Counted from the whole stretch's first letter, positions 1 to 12,018 are shown. The stretch is 63,695 bases of DNA, filler included, from Parasitella parasitica NRRL 2501 (GCA_025201805.1; 6 parts of 6 records of this genome joined end to end with filler, not necessarily neighbours in it); one strand, 5' to 3'. Numbers and translations are program-made. The notes: generated from the sequence alone by a model not told the origin.

Positions 1-111
1 TTTTTAGGTCGGGTAAACTACATATACCAAACGCTTTCTGTCCCTATATTGACACAGATTGAGCTTTTCCTGAATATATGAGAGTTTTGACAAATTGCTA
101 TTTAGACCTGA

Positions 112-219
112 AGAACAAAATAGGAAATGTTATTATTCTAGAATCTTCTTGAATCTTTATTCAATAGCGAATTCAAAGATATATAAAGAGATTAAAATTT
201 TAACACTATACTATCAATC
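112..219. repeat. DIRS inverted terminal repeat (3' end of element)
   Basis: Reverse complement of 4270-4377 with 2 mismatches seen by eye. Confidence 0.95.
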
Positions 220-308
220 GAATTTGAGCTCGGTCAAATAATAAAATGAAGAGGGGAGGGAAAAGAGTAAAATAGATAATAAAGTAAAGAAGGAAATGAA
301 GGGTGGGT

Positions 309-425
309 AATAATAACATTTCCTATTTTGTTCTTCAGGTCTAAATAGCAATTCTAGGTCGAAAGAAATTTCTCGAAAGAATTTCTTGAGACCGTCAGAA
401 CAAAATAGGAAATGTTATTATGCTA
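309..425. repeat. DIRS internal complementary region (ICR)
   Basis: Reverse complement of the left terminus (from 93) fused through a shared ATT to the reverse complement of the right terminus (to 4423). Confidence 0.95.
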
Positions 426-2183
426 ATCCAGAGTATCAAAAGAATCAGTAGCATCAAAGAAATCATCTTGACTTGTCAGAACCGTAGACGTAAAATCAAC
501 CTGTGCCATTTGGTTTCGCTGATAATGTCGAACGAACGTATCGGAAGAAGCCCAGTTTCCAAGAGCCACGATATTGTCAAGGGAGATACCCTGATCCAAG
601 GCGCGAGAGGAGGCTAGTGACCGAATAGAGACTCCGGGTTCATCTGTGCATAAGGAAATAAACTCACGGTGTAACCAAGAAGATATAGTCGATGCAGAAA
701 TAGGCTGATTGACATTGTTGGACTTGACAAACAGTTTCGAATGAGCTGGGCGAGTTTGTAGAACCGGGTGGTTACAAAGTGCCTTGAAGCATTGCACAGG
801 ACATAATTCTAAGTCATCTGCGTGCGGGTGAATCGAGAAAGGCTTGATTATCCTACGTTTACCACGAGTTTCTTTCGGGGCGACGACGTGAAGGAGAAGA
901 CGACCATTACCGGAGATAGAACACGAGGCAAAAGGGATACGAGCCAAGTCTGAGGGACGGAGGAAAGCTGCCATGGCTAGAAGGAAGGCCAATTTTTGTT
1001 GTAGCAATTTTATAGAAGTAGTTGTTCGAGACGCAATGGAGCGGGCAAAGGCCAAGGCAGGGGACGCATCAATAGTTGGTCGGTGTATAAATATTGGCTC
1101 TGCTTGTTTCGTCATGGAATCTATGTAACAGTTAATAAAGTCGCTTTCACTAATATTTTTAGGATGGTCATGTAGGTGAGTGACAGCTGCTCGCAAGGTT
1201 TTTAAAGTTGAGGCTTGCAAACGATGAATTCTACGCATATCCGCTGGGAAGTTTACCAAATCTACCTGTGTGTAAGAGGTGTAGGGAGTATTGTGATTAG
1301 ACGCCCATTCCAAATAGCGAAGTTGATTCTTGCGGTAAGCTAGATTGGTACCAGTGGGAGCCAGTTTTTGAGCCAGTAAATCTTCTATTGCTTGTGGATT
1401 GAGATTCTTGTTTACCAATTGGTTCCTGATAATCTCCACACGGAGAGCATCCAATTCTGCTGTAGTAGGGGATGAGGAGTCTTGGGGGATGTCGTTTCGA
1501 CCGCTTGGGGAGGTAATATCCATGGAGGTGATAGTGCTAGCCGCTGTATGAGAGGGAACCAGAGAGCACTCGGCCAATATGGAACCACCAGAGTCACCAA
1601 GGGAAGCCGTTCTTGCAGTATTCGATTCAGAACTCGAGAGATAAGATTCCAGGGAGGATTTATGAATGGATTGGGAAACATCTTCCATCGGATTGAAAAC
1701 GCATCCGTGTGGAGTGCATCGGGATCCATCATCCAAGATACGTACTTTGGTAGTAGTTTGGTCGTCCTGTCGGCGAAGAGGTCTACCGAGAATGGGCCCC
1801 ATGTCTGATATATCTGTCGAAAGATTGATGGGTTGATTCTCCATTGATTTTTGAAGTATTGACGGCGAGACTCGTAATCCGCAATCTTGTTGTGAATGCC
1901 TCGAATGTGTTGTGCTTGAAGCATGATCCCGTGTTTCAGACACCAAGTCCACACTTCCGTAGCTAATTCCATGAGTGGGAGAGAACGAGTCCCCCCTTGT
2001 TTGTTGATGTAGGCCAAGCTGGTCGTGTTGTCCGTTCGAATCAGAATGGTAGAATTCGGTGGTACTGAAAACGTTTTGAGAGCTAATTGAGCCGCCTTGA
2101 GCTCTCTCCAATTGATTGATTGAGTCGCCTCCTGAGTTGTCCAGTATCCATGAGCTCGGTGGTTCTTCCAACTGCATCCCCAT
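423..2183 (-). CDS. DIRS tyrosine recombinase (true start probably internal to the ORF)
   Basis: LRPSDLARI, KETRGK, LCPV, SIRSLASS, LGNW and FVRHY motifs; overlaps the RNaseH/MTase frame as is typical of DIRS. Confidence 0.92.
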   Translation of the reverse strand: MGMQLEEPPSSWILDNSGGDSINQLERAQGGSISSQNVFSTTEFYHSDSNGQHDQLGLHQQTRGDSFSPTHGISYGSVDLVSETRDHASSTTHSRHSQQDCGLRVSPSILQKSMENQPINLSTDISDMGPILGRPLRRQDDQTTTKVRILDDGSRCTPHGCVFNPMEDVSQSIHKSSLESYLSSSESNTARTASLGDSGGSILAECSLVPSHTAASTITSMDITSPSGRNDIPQDSSSPTTAELDALRVEIIRNQLVNKNLNPQAIEDLLAQKLAPTGTNLAYRKNQLRYLEWASNHNTPYTSYTQVDLVNFPADMRRIHRLQASTLKTLRAAVTHLHDHPKNISESDFINCYIDSMTKQAEPIFIHRPTIDASPALAFARSIASRTTTSIKLLQQKLAFLLAMAAFLRPSDLARIPFASCSISGNGRLLLHVVAPKETRGKRRIIKPFSIHPHADDLELCPVQCFKALCNHPVLQTRPAHSKLFVKSNNVNQPISASTISSWLHREFISLCTDEPGVSIRSLASSRALDQGISLDNIVALGNWASSDTFVRHYQRNQMAQVDFTSTVLTSQDDFFDATDSFDTLD

Positions 2184-3494
2184 CCTGTATCGCTGGCGTC
2201 CACAAAGATAGTCTGAGTAGGAGTGGTCGACCGTTCCACTTCTTGAGGTTTGTATACCACCAAGTCAATTCGTCGAGGCTGGCTTGATCTAATGGGCGAG
2301 GGAGATCCCAGTCTTTCTCTGTCTTGACCATTTGATTCTTGTAGTATAGAAGATGTCGAGTGTATAATCGGGCTGGGAAGATCGCAAATGTGGCTGCTTG
2401 GATTCGCATTGTCAGGCTGTGAATCACTCGTGGAGACTGCCGATAAGGTTTGTTCAGTACCTGCTTGATGGACCGGCGAATGTCTCGTAGTTTGTTTTTT
2501 GGAAGACTCGCTGTCATTGAGCGGGTATTCAATACAAAGCCTAGATGTTCCAACTGTTGTGTTGGTACCAGCACTGATTTCTTGTAGTTGATGATCCAAC
2601 CGAGTCGTTGTAGTAGAGTAACCACCAGTTGAGCTTGGTTCATTACTAATTGTTTGGATTCTGCGATCAAAAGCCAATCGTCCAAGTATGCGGAGATCCT
2701 GATGCCTAGGGAGCGCAAGTGTGCTAATATGGGCCTGCAGACTTTGGTGAAGACAAAGGGGCTTGTGGACAAGCCAAACGCAGTCGTGCAATATTGGTAA
2801 ACTTGGCCTTTCCAACTTAGACGTAAGAATCTCCTCGAATCTGAGTGGAGACCTACGTGTAGAAATGCATCCGATAGGTCGATGGAGACTAGGTACTGTA
2901 ATCGTTCTGATTCACCATGAGAGATACTTCCTTGATTGTTTCCATTTTGAAATGTGGGGCATCCAAGTATTGATTTAATTTCTTGAGATTGAACACTGGA
3001 CGGACCCCGCCATTCTTCTTGGGGATGACGAACATTGTACTGTAAAATCCTGGAATTGCTTGAACTTGTTGTGGTGATACCTTCTCGATTGCTTCTTTCT
3101 CTAATAAGTCTAGAATGGCTTGATCGATTAGGTGAGATTGTTCTTCCGAGAAGGGAATGATTGGAGTGGGTGTTGGAGTGGTCGGATGAGGTAGCCGGAT
3201 TTGATGGTTGTGTCGACGAATGAGTTGATGGAAATTGCTGTCCAATTTGTATAAAACTTGCTGAGCCGGTTTCCAACTGGATCTACTGGCGAAAAGGATT
3301 GGTGGGTTTCTTTTTGTTGCTGTTGTTGCTGTTGTTGCTGTTGTGCTGTCGAAAATTGCTGGTGTTGTTGTTGTTTTGTCGAAAATTGCTGATGTTGTTG
3401 TTGCTGGTAAAGTTGCTGTTGTTGTTGCTGTTGCTGTTGTAACCACCCTGCTGTGAGGGTGGACCTGATCGAAAAAACTGCGGATTAGGGTCAT
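1412..3494 (-). pseudogene. DIRS pol (RT + RNase H + N6-adenine methyltransferase-like domain), broken by two frameshifts
   Basis: FYSTMFVIPKKNGGVRPVFNLK / IDLSDAFLH / FGL / YLDD / VDASDTGWG / INWREL / TDN / DLFA / NPPW spread over three frames; shifts at about 2897 and about 2228. Confidence 0.92.
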
Positions 3495-4221
3495 TCGAGA
3501 AGGAGTTCAAAGGACCAGAGGTACCAGAAGAGAACGTTCGGCGTTGACGTTTGCTGGCAGTGGCTTCACGAGTGGCCTTTCGAGCCGCCGTTTGTTGGAT
3601 GAGTGTTTGTTGGGATTCATCCAAAGGGAGAGTGTAATTAGTTTCTGGCTCTGTCTTCATGGAAAAGGCAGGGTTAACTGCCCGGAGCGCAATATTGTTA
3701 CGACTCTGAGTGATGCTGGAACAAGCATGAAGTAAAAGTCGTCGTACATCTTGAAGCATGGTACAATACCGTTCGAGATTTGGATTATCCGATTCAGAAG
3801 AGACCATTTCATGACTCAGGATGTCCAGAGGCCTGAAAATGGCAGACAAGAGGTATTGAATATGCTTGAGAGAGCTGTCTTCGAGACGTTGACCTTTATT
3901 CATCAAGCGTTCAGCCTGAGGGATAGTGGCAGGAGCCTTATAGTCCAGATGTGCAATGGGAGGGTAAGATTCAATGAAGGCTTTACGTTCGGAGTCCGCG
4001 AGTAAGTTCGATGTATGTAGTGGTGCATCTAAATGTAGAAGCTCAGTGAGCGAATCCGAAGGGGACCAGTCGTAGTGGGGACGTGTGCCCATTGAGTGAA
4101 GGGGAAAACTAGCAGCGTCATCCGCTGACTGCATAGGAGTAGGAGTGCCTGAATGGAGCTGTGCCTGGATGGCCGCCAATTGTTGCTGCATAATTTGAAA
4201 TTGTTCTTCAAGAGAGGACAT
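3283..4221 (-). CDS. DIRS gag-like ORF1
   Basis: First ORF after the 5' ITR, 312 aa, Asn-rich C-terminus, overlaps the start of the pol frame. Confidence 0.85.
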   Translation of the reverse strand: MSSLEEQFQIMQQQLAAIQAQLHSGTPTPMQSADDAASFPLHSMGTRPHYDWSPSDSLTELLHLDAPLHTSNLLADSERKAFIESYPPIAHLDYKAPATIPQAERLMNKGQRLEDSSLKHIQYLLSAIFRPLDILSHEMVSSESDNPNLERYCTMLQDVRRLLLHACSSITQSRNNIALRAVNPAFSMKTEPETNYTLPLDESQQTLIQQTAARKATREATASKRQRRTFSSGTSGPLNSFSNDPNPQFFRSGPPSQQGGYNSNSNNNSNFTSNNNISNFRQNNNNTSNFRQHNSNNSNNSNKKKPTNPFRQ

Positions 4222-4269
4222 GGTAAAGTGAATGTATCAATTAAGCGGTAATGACCGAGCGAAAAAGAA

Positions 4270-4377
4270 GATTGATAGTATAGTGTTAAAATTTTAATCT
4301 CTTTATATATCTTTGAATTCGCTATTGAATAAAGGTTCAAGAAGATTCTAGCATAATAACATTTCCTATTTTGTTCT
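4270..4377. repeat. DIRS inverted terminal repeat (5' end of element)
   Basis: Reverse complement of 112-219. Confidence 0.95.
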
Positions 4378-4423
4378 GACGGTCTCAAGAAATTCTTTCG
4401 AGAAATTTCTTTCGACCTAGAAT

Positions 4424-7000
4424 CGACCGTTTTGCAATTATATTATATAATCTTTTTTGAGAGGATATTTTTCCCCGTATAATTTGCAATATAGGTTTTT
4501 TTTTAGATATGCAAANNNNNNNNNNNNNNNNNNNNNNNNNNNNNNNNNNNNNNNNNNNNNNNNNNNNNNNNNNNNNNNNNNNNNNNNNNNNNNNNNNNNN
4601 NNNNNNNNNNNNNNNNNNNNNNNNNNNNNNNNNNNNNNNNNNNNNNNNNNNNNNNNNNNNNNNNNNNNNNNNNNNNNNNNNNNNNNNNNNNNNNNNNNNN
4701 NNNNNNNNNNNNNNNNNNNNNNNNNNNNNNNNNNNNNNNNNNNNNNNNNNNNNNNNNNNNNNNNNNNNNNNNNNNNNNNNNNNNNNNNNNNNNNNNNNNN
4801 NNNNNNNNNNNNNNNNNNNNNNNNNNNNNNNNNNNNNNNNNNNNNNNNNNNNNNNNNNNNNNNNNNNNNNNNNNNNNNNNNNNNNNNNNNNNNNNNNNNN
4901 NNNNNNNNNNNNNNNNNNNNNNNNNNNNNNNNNNNNNNNNNNNNNNNNNNNNNNNNNNNNNNNNNNNNNNNNNNNNNNNNNNNNNNNNNNNNNNNNNNNN
5001 NNNNNNNNNNNNNNNNNNNNNNNNNNNNNNNNNNNNNNNNNNNNNATATCAGAGATTGCAAATTTGTCCTTTAAGCTAGAAAAACGTAATATTTTAGATT
5101 GTGTGGTATATAATTTATCCAAAAATGAAGGTATATTAAAATGGTTTTTGATTCCGTATTATGCAGTATCCCGGCAATTAATTCATATTGAGACATAAGC
5201 AAGTTACCTATCAGAATCTTGCTTAGCTTTTCATTTAAAAATAGGTGTTGCACTCATTTACAGCCAAAAAAAAAAAGACTGTAGATTGAATCTCAACATT
5301 GTGTCCATTTGGCTCAAACCAAATTCGAGCTTTTTTTTGGATAGTTCATTGCTAGATATCTCAAGAACCTAATAGGTATATCAGATATGCGTGCCAAGTG
5401 TTTTATAACGTAAATTAAATTCTGCATCCAACCATATAAATTTCAAGGCTATAGAAACACCTTTTTTTATTGGCAATTATCAATTATTCGAAAAACGCCA
5501 TTTTTGATACTTTTGGAGTAAAATCGAACATATTTTGAGCACTCCTAGCTCTATAAACTTGACCAAAAGGATTATCATGTTAATACCTACACACTAATAT
5601 ATTTTTTACTGCTGTAGCTTTATTATATCTGCCAAAATTCAAAATCTTGTCTCGACCAAAATGAATCTACAATTTTCCGGTCCTATGTTCAAAGGGCCAA
5701 AATGAAGCCATTCAAAAGGGTAAAAATCAATTCCGTTTTTCGAGATTTTCTCGCTCAGAAATTGGTGTTTTTTGACCAAACAAAAAGCATTCCGTAGCTA
5801 TTTTGTAGCTCTATTTTTGTGTTGCTATATCATATATCTTGACACACTATTCATTTCTCTGAAATTTATAAAAATAAATGAAGCCTCTGCTAAAAACATT
5901 TAAAAAAATATTTTTTTCGACATATCTATCTAACACTAATGCAACTAGAAGAGAACCAAATTTTGAAAATATTTTAGTAATTACTTAGGCCAAGTTACCA
6001 TAGTGGTTTGTTGAGAAATAGGGGGACAAAGTTTAATGTAAAAAGACAAAACTGGCTCAAGCTTGTCGAAATCGAGCTTGAATACAACATGTTTACTACC
6101 AGTAGGTGTATCAAAACGTGCTTTATTAATTTACTTAGGAACTTGAACATGATTTAATTGCAAAATTTGGTACTTGTTATAGGAACATATGCTGTAAAAT
6201 CTGCAAAATCGGCAAAATCTAGTTTTGGTAATATCTCGACAACAAAAATAGATATCGAGAATTGGAAGACGTAGTAATATACAGTTATCATACTAGTATT
6301 AGCCTGTATTCTTAGTTTGGACCCCAAATCCGTGCCTAAAAATGACCCTGAAGGTTGACCCAAAGTTGAAAACTAAAATTCGAATATGAGGTTTGGGGTC
6401 CAAACATAGCAAAATCTGAAAAATGGCCAGAAGTGCATGAAACTCGGGTATGTTGTAAAATGCTCTAAAAAATGAATATATTGGCTGAAGGTTGTGTCTC
6501 TATCGGTTATTAGTTTGTAAAGATATCAGTGATTGTAGATTAGCTTTTAAGCGGGGGAAAAGGTGATGGTCATGGTTAGGCGGCATTTATTTTAACCAAA
6601 TCATAAAACTACATAAAAATAGCTGTGGAAGTCATATCTTACAGCATTTTGGCTATTGATTTATATCAAGACATAACCAGATTGTTTATGGAGTTCATAC
6701 TTTGCTCCTCAACTGAAATAGGTGCTTCACTGCTAAAGGCCTATATATTAGCGGTGGTAAATTCAAGCTCAGAAATATGTTTCCATTGCAACTTGCGCAC
6801 ATCCCACGTTTTCATTGCATAATACCTCAAAAAATAATATTTTAAGAATATAACATGCTTAGCTATGTGTAGTATGATATAATAATATGCATTTAATTTA
6901 TTGCTATACTCTATGTAATTGCTGATTATGTAGTAGCTGTACACAGAGTTGCATTTGTGACATTTGCAATGTACTCATTTGCTCGCTCATCATCATACAA
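4424..7000. other. AT-rich non-coding region, possibly a non-autonomous TE hosting the DIRS insertion; includes N gap 4516-5045
   Basis: No credible ORF; composition resembles the interior of the TIR element at 33892-35849; termini not identified. Confidence 0.3.
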
Positions 7001-7212
7001 AACTTCATATTTTTTTAATTTTATTCCAAGCAATTCACAGAAGATATGATTTAGCTAAACTGTTACCGTCATGGAGCTTTTTGCTGATAAGATAGTTTGG
7101 GAAATGCTTGAATTAGTCAAAAGTGTGTGTCTCACGAAATCTACAGTCCCCCTTTTTTGTCACATTTATTCAAACATTTTAACACTCTCTTTCTCGTTTT
7201 CTTTCCAAACTA

Positions 7213-8531
7213 ATGCCGGGCAATAACGACAACGACAATAGTAGTAGCAGCAATAGTCCACAACTGCATGCCGCTGTGCTCCAATTCCTGATGAACCATG
7301 GCTATATGGAATCAGTTGAAGCTTTCAAAAGAGAAGCTAGACGTCATTTAGACACACTCTCTTCTCTGCAGGTTACAGAAGATCAGCTTGCCCATGATCT
7401 ATCACAATTACAGATCCAAAGGTAAAATTTGAGGAGATGAAAAAAAAAATTTTTTTTGCTTTTAAACATAACATCAACAGACCAAATGAATTACAAGATG
7501 GCGATGGCGACTATTTCTCCTCCATGGTATCTGATTACCCAAATATCCATTATACCAACATTCTTGCTATTGCCATTGAACCTCAAACACATGCGTTAGC
7601 TACAAGTTCCATCGACAAGACTGTAAAAATCAGCACAATGTTATGTAACGGAAATGCAGACATTTCACAAAGAAGTTATCGCCATCATCAAGCATCTGTC
7701 TTGAGCATCGAGTATCACCCCAATCTACCCAACCTCATGTTGACAACCTCCATGGATGGGACCAGTGTTCTCGTCGATACCGCATTTGAACCTGATTTCG
7801 GCCAGGATCTGGAAAAAGCTGGAATCCATCAAATCTTCAGGGACCATCAAAAATACGTTGTGCATGGTTTCTTCTCGCCAGTTACTGGCAAATACATTGC
7901 GACAGCCTCCTATGACCGAACAGTGTGTATTTACCTTGCTCATTGCAATACGGAAGAGGGAGGGCTGCCTAGATATGCACTTGTCAAGCAAATTGGCCCC
8001 TTTATTGGAAACGTAGAGACAATTTGTTTTGCCTCTGATAGCACGCTTGTTGTTGGCGTTCGTGATGACAATTATTTACATTACATCAACCTTGAGAATA
8101 TGCAACAGCAGCGCATCAACATGAACGCCACAGGAGATGATTGGGTGTCATTCTCGCCTACATGTATCTCTGTTTCATCTGATGGTAGTCAGCTGTTGTG
8201 CACAACAGATCATGAAAGTGGAAGAACCATCTTATTTGAAACTGGCACATCTCGACAGATACAAAATTACTATATCCACGCAACAGATAACAAATTTGCT
8301 ACAAAGAAACATGTATGGCATCCTTCGGGGCTGTACTTTTACGCTTCGGGTGGCGATGACAATTCAATCTCTGTAGTGGAAACCAAGACTGGACACACTA
8401 TCAAATCCTTGACTGGCCATGAAGCCATGATCCGTTCGCTTGTGCTAGACCCTGAAATTGGGCTTGTCAGTGCTGGCTATGATCATTCCGTCAAAGTATG
8501 GTCCAAGCCAGCCAATTCTCTCTTGAGATAA
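7213..8531 (+). CDS. LisH + WD40-repeat protein (2 exons, intron 7422-7480)
   Basis: LisH-like LHAAVLQFLMNHGYMESVEAFKRE; WD repeats (SSIDKTVKI, ASYDRTVCIY, GH...AGYDHSVKVW); GT-AG splice restores the frame. Confidence 0.9.
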
Positions 8532-8572
8532 TATATATACACATACGTTTATTTTTGAGAAATAAAGAGGAT

Positions 8573-9648
8573 CTAAGCAGCAGAGGTTGACGAGCAGGTT
8601 TTTGTAATTTCGTTAACCATATCATCAAACTTTGATTTGTGCACCAACAGCAACTTTCGAGCAGGAGCAATACCGAAATCAGAGAACACACGTCGTGAAT
8701 CAGCTGCCTGCTCCTTCTCGTTGTTTGTAAACCTAAAGTCGTATTGATATTCTGCATATTTAGCGATAATTTCGTCTTCAGATTGGAAATAGAAAGTCTC
8801 GGATGAGTCGGCTTGTTTAGACTTCTTGGGTTGCGGCTCCTCGCCATCTTCATCGATAGTCGATGCTACTTCTTTGTACGTCTTTGAGATAAACATGTAC
8901 CATTCAAATACATAGGCCTCTTGCTGTGATAAACAATATGAGCATGCGACATTACCAGGCCATGCATGGCTTACCTCTTTGACAGCATTCTTCAATTCCT
9001 CTTGGAGCATGGTATACATGGGCGCCATAATTTCAACCGGCATATTGATAAAACGTTCAGAGACAACCCAGCCGACATGCATGTCTGCTGATGCGAGTGA
9101 TAGTATCTCCTTTACAGCCTTCAAAAGTGCCTCGTTTTTTCTTGGGCACTTGTTGGAAAGGTAAGTGCATAATTGCTTGACACCTTCCCTTTCCTAAGAG
9201 AGAGAGAGCATGAGCTTCCTTGTACACATTGGGTCAAATAACCATGATTTACCTTTTGATGGGTGAGATTGATGATACTTAAAATGGCATAAGGATCAGA
9301 TTTCTGGTCATCCACCTTGACAGTAGTGCCAACTTGATTCTCTTCGATCATGATGTCGGCAAAATCACCCAAGTTCAAGAGCTCGGCATCAGAAGAAAAT
9401 AGCTGTGTCAGCAATTTCTTTAATGCATGATAATCGATATCGTCAGGGTTATAAAAGTCAAAGTCTACGTCGACAATTTCCTAAGCCTGTGTTCAGCAAC
9501 ACTCTTTCGATTGACATGACATTGCACTTGCCTGAAGTCCATCATCTGAATCTTCTCCATCAGAGCCATCTTGACTAGAGGTAGAGGCTACTTTCTTGAT
9601 GGTCTCTTTGTCTTCCTCGGGTGCTTTTCTCTTCAAGTTGATGCTCAT
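8573..9648 (-). CDS. BCP1: BCP1/BCCIP-family protein (4 exons; introns 9481-9531 GC-AG, 9194-9252, 8924-8974)
   Basis: IVDVDFDFYNPDDIDYHALKKLLTQLF, VGWVVSERFINMPVEIMAPMY, FYFQSEDE. Confidence 0.93.
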
Positions 9649-10260
9649 ATAGAGTGATTTGCTTCTAGCTGAAAGTATGTCCTGTAATTCCCTCAGGCTT
9701 GATTTTAAAAAAAAAAAAAAAAAAAAAAAAGTGACTGGAGAAACTAGAGGAACAGCGATTGTCTGCTGCCACATCCTTTCAAGATTGCATTTCAACATGT
9801 TTAACAGTTCATACAACAATAGAGAAACGTACCTGTTATGCTGGCGGATATTTGAATGTACACCGAGCAACCTTTCACATCTGGAATTAGCTACAAAGAT
9901 TGGCAAAAGATTATATGACCGGATCTACTACTTCTGCTATTGGAGATGCAACAAACAAGATGGTTTTTTTGCAGAATGATGCAAACCCCCATCATTCAGC
10001 TTCATCTAGTTACCGACTAATCTAGGAAGTTCGAGGCACTATTTCACTATTTCGAATCCAAACATGCAACACATTTGTCCCGTATGCCCACAGTATACAT
10101 CTGGGTGACAACATTTGCACAACCGAATAGCAGAAGAGGAAGGCGAAATTTGTTTGTCGTTTGTTTAACTAGAAATAAATAATTCCTACCAGCATTTCTC
10201 TTTTTTTTTTTTTTTTTTGGTTGTTTTTCCTTGCAATACAGTCGAGTTGCGAAAGATCTA

Positions 10261-11428
10261 ATGAAGCCAGCGCATTCTATACCAAAGCACTTTGATAATC
10301 TAGTATATCTTGACGATTATATAGACAGTAATGTGTGAACGATATTGTAAACGCGCGAGATTATTCATCCTGTTTCTGTACATAGCAATTGAGGCAGTTC
10401 CTCTGGATTTGCAAAGGAATTTCACTCTGATGAGAGAGTTAGATGGGTACGCACAAGGTAAGTGAGCAGTGTATATGGCGATACTTTTATTCACATTGCG
10501 AGTGTCACTAGAATTGATGGATGCAGTATCGAGAGACGCTATTGAACTTATCGACAACATCAAAGATATGGACCCCAACTCACGACTTGATAAGCTAAAG
10601 AATCTCACCAGCGTCTTGACAGAAACATTGAAAAGAGGAGAAGAGAAAGTTGCACTAGCAAAATCCACATTCGACGCTGTAAGTTTATTTTATCCATGCA
10701 CTATATCCATGTGTTAAATGCACTAGCGGGACAGGTTGATCGCCATTGCAATCGCTTAGATGCTGACCTAGTCAAATTTGAAGAAGATCAAATAGTGGGT
10801 GATAGTCGAATTACAACGTTACCGGGCCTGCAACCATCGGCCCGTAGTCTAAAAGAAGGCGCTGATGTGAGGGAGAGAGCTACCAAGAGATTAGAAAGAG
10901 AGAGAAAAGACCCCAAAGGAGAAAAGAAGAGTAAGTTGAACTCATGCCCACTAGATCCCCCCTCTAATGTTTTTTTTTTTTTTTTTTTTGTTAAAAGTAG
11001 GGATTGTTTTGTACGGCCTATATTTGTCACTAACGCTTTACCACATTTTAGAAAGAAAGACCGCCAAGGAAACCAACGTGGGCAGTGGAGGGGCGCCTCC
11101 GTCGCCTGCTGTTCGTGCTCAGGCCCTGAAGGAATCTAAAAACTTGAAAAACGTAGAAAAAGAAAAGACCAAGAGCAGCTACAATACAACCAAAAACGGC
11201 AATGGAAAGCCCAAGACTGTTGTACCAGTAGATTTACCAATTGATCCTAATGAGCCGCTTTATTGCTACTGTCAGCAAGTGTCCTACGGCGAGATGGTTG
11301 CCTGTGATAATACGGATTGCGAAATTGAATGGTTTCACTTGGCTTGTGTTGACCTCAAGACTGTGCCAAAGGGAAAGTGGTTTTGCAGTAATTGCTTAAT
11401 GAAGATGAGAGGACGACACAAGAAATAA
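10261..11428 (+). CDS. ING-family PHD-finger chromatin protein (multi-exon)
   Basis: N-terminal [27 protein letters not shown]; C-terminal [36 protein letters not shown]...KGKWFC. Confidence 0.95.
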
Positions 11429-12018
11429 GTCTTTTGCTGGATTGTTTCCTTTGCTCTGTACATATTATACTATATTCTTGTATGAATAAAACAAACAAAT
11501 ATACACACAAAGAGTTGTGGTGAAAAATTGCCATTACAAGACAGTTTTCCGGCGGGATCCATCCGCTCTGTGGCCCGTCGATTGTTGTTGTTATTATTAT
11601 TGTTATTTATTATTATTATTATTATTATTACAGCAAACAGGTTGTGCATCCTTTCCCCCCCCCCCTCCTTAACCAAATTATGATCTACTGAAGAATCTGT
11701 TGCTTTCCCCTTTATTCTTTCAAACTACTAAAATAGCTTTTTGTTTGTTAATTCGCTACTTTTCGTGAAGATGAATGAAATGCGTTGATAAAGAAATACA
11801 AAAGAAAGACGACGGCTGCTAGATCAGATACGGATTGGACTCTACACAAAACTCACTGCTGCTCAATCACTTGTAACAGTGACTGGAGATATTGGTCTGC
11901 ACATTAAACTAGATAATGATGTGCCGTACATATCGAATACCTTAAATAAAAACTCTAAATTTGCTCTCCACACCTCTTCTTTTTACCTTCTTTTTTTCTA
12001 CCCTAAAAAACACCGTAT

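Larger units (their letters stand above)
93..4423 (-). mobile_element. DIRS-type tyrosine-recombinase retrotransposon, full length, pol frameshifted
   Basis: gag, RT-RNaseH-MTase-like and YR ORFs on the minus strand; 108-bp ITRs (112-219 and 4270-4377) with unpaired terminal extensions; ICR at 309-425; AAT at both boundaries (93-95 and 4421-4423). Confidence 0.96.

Noticed and set aside
3276-3285. gag-pol stop-codon readthrough in DIRS, since the RT frame equals the gag frame
   Set aside because: The frame coincidence results from the 5-bp footprint; conserved N-terminal RT motifs lie in the other frame
4385-5198. Long ORFs made of X residues
   Set aside because: Produced by the N gap
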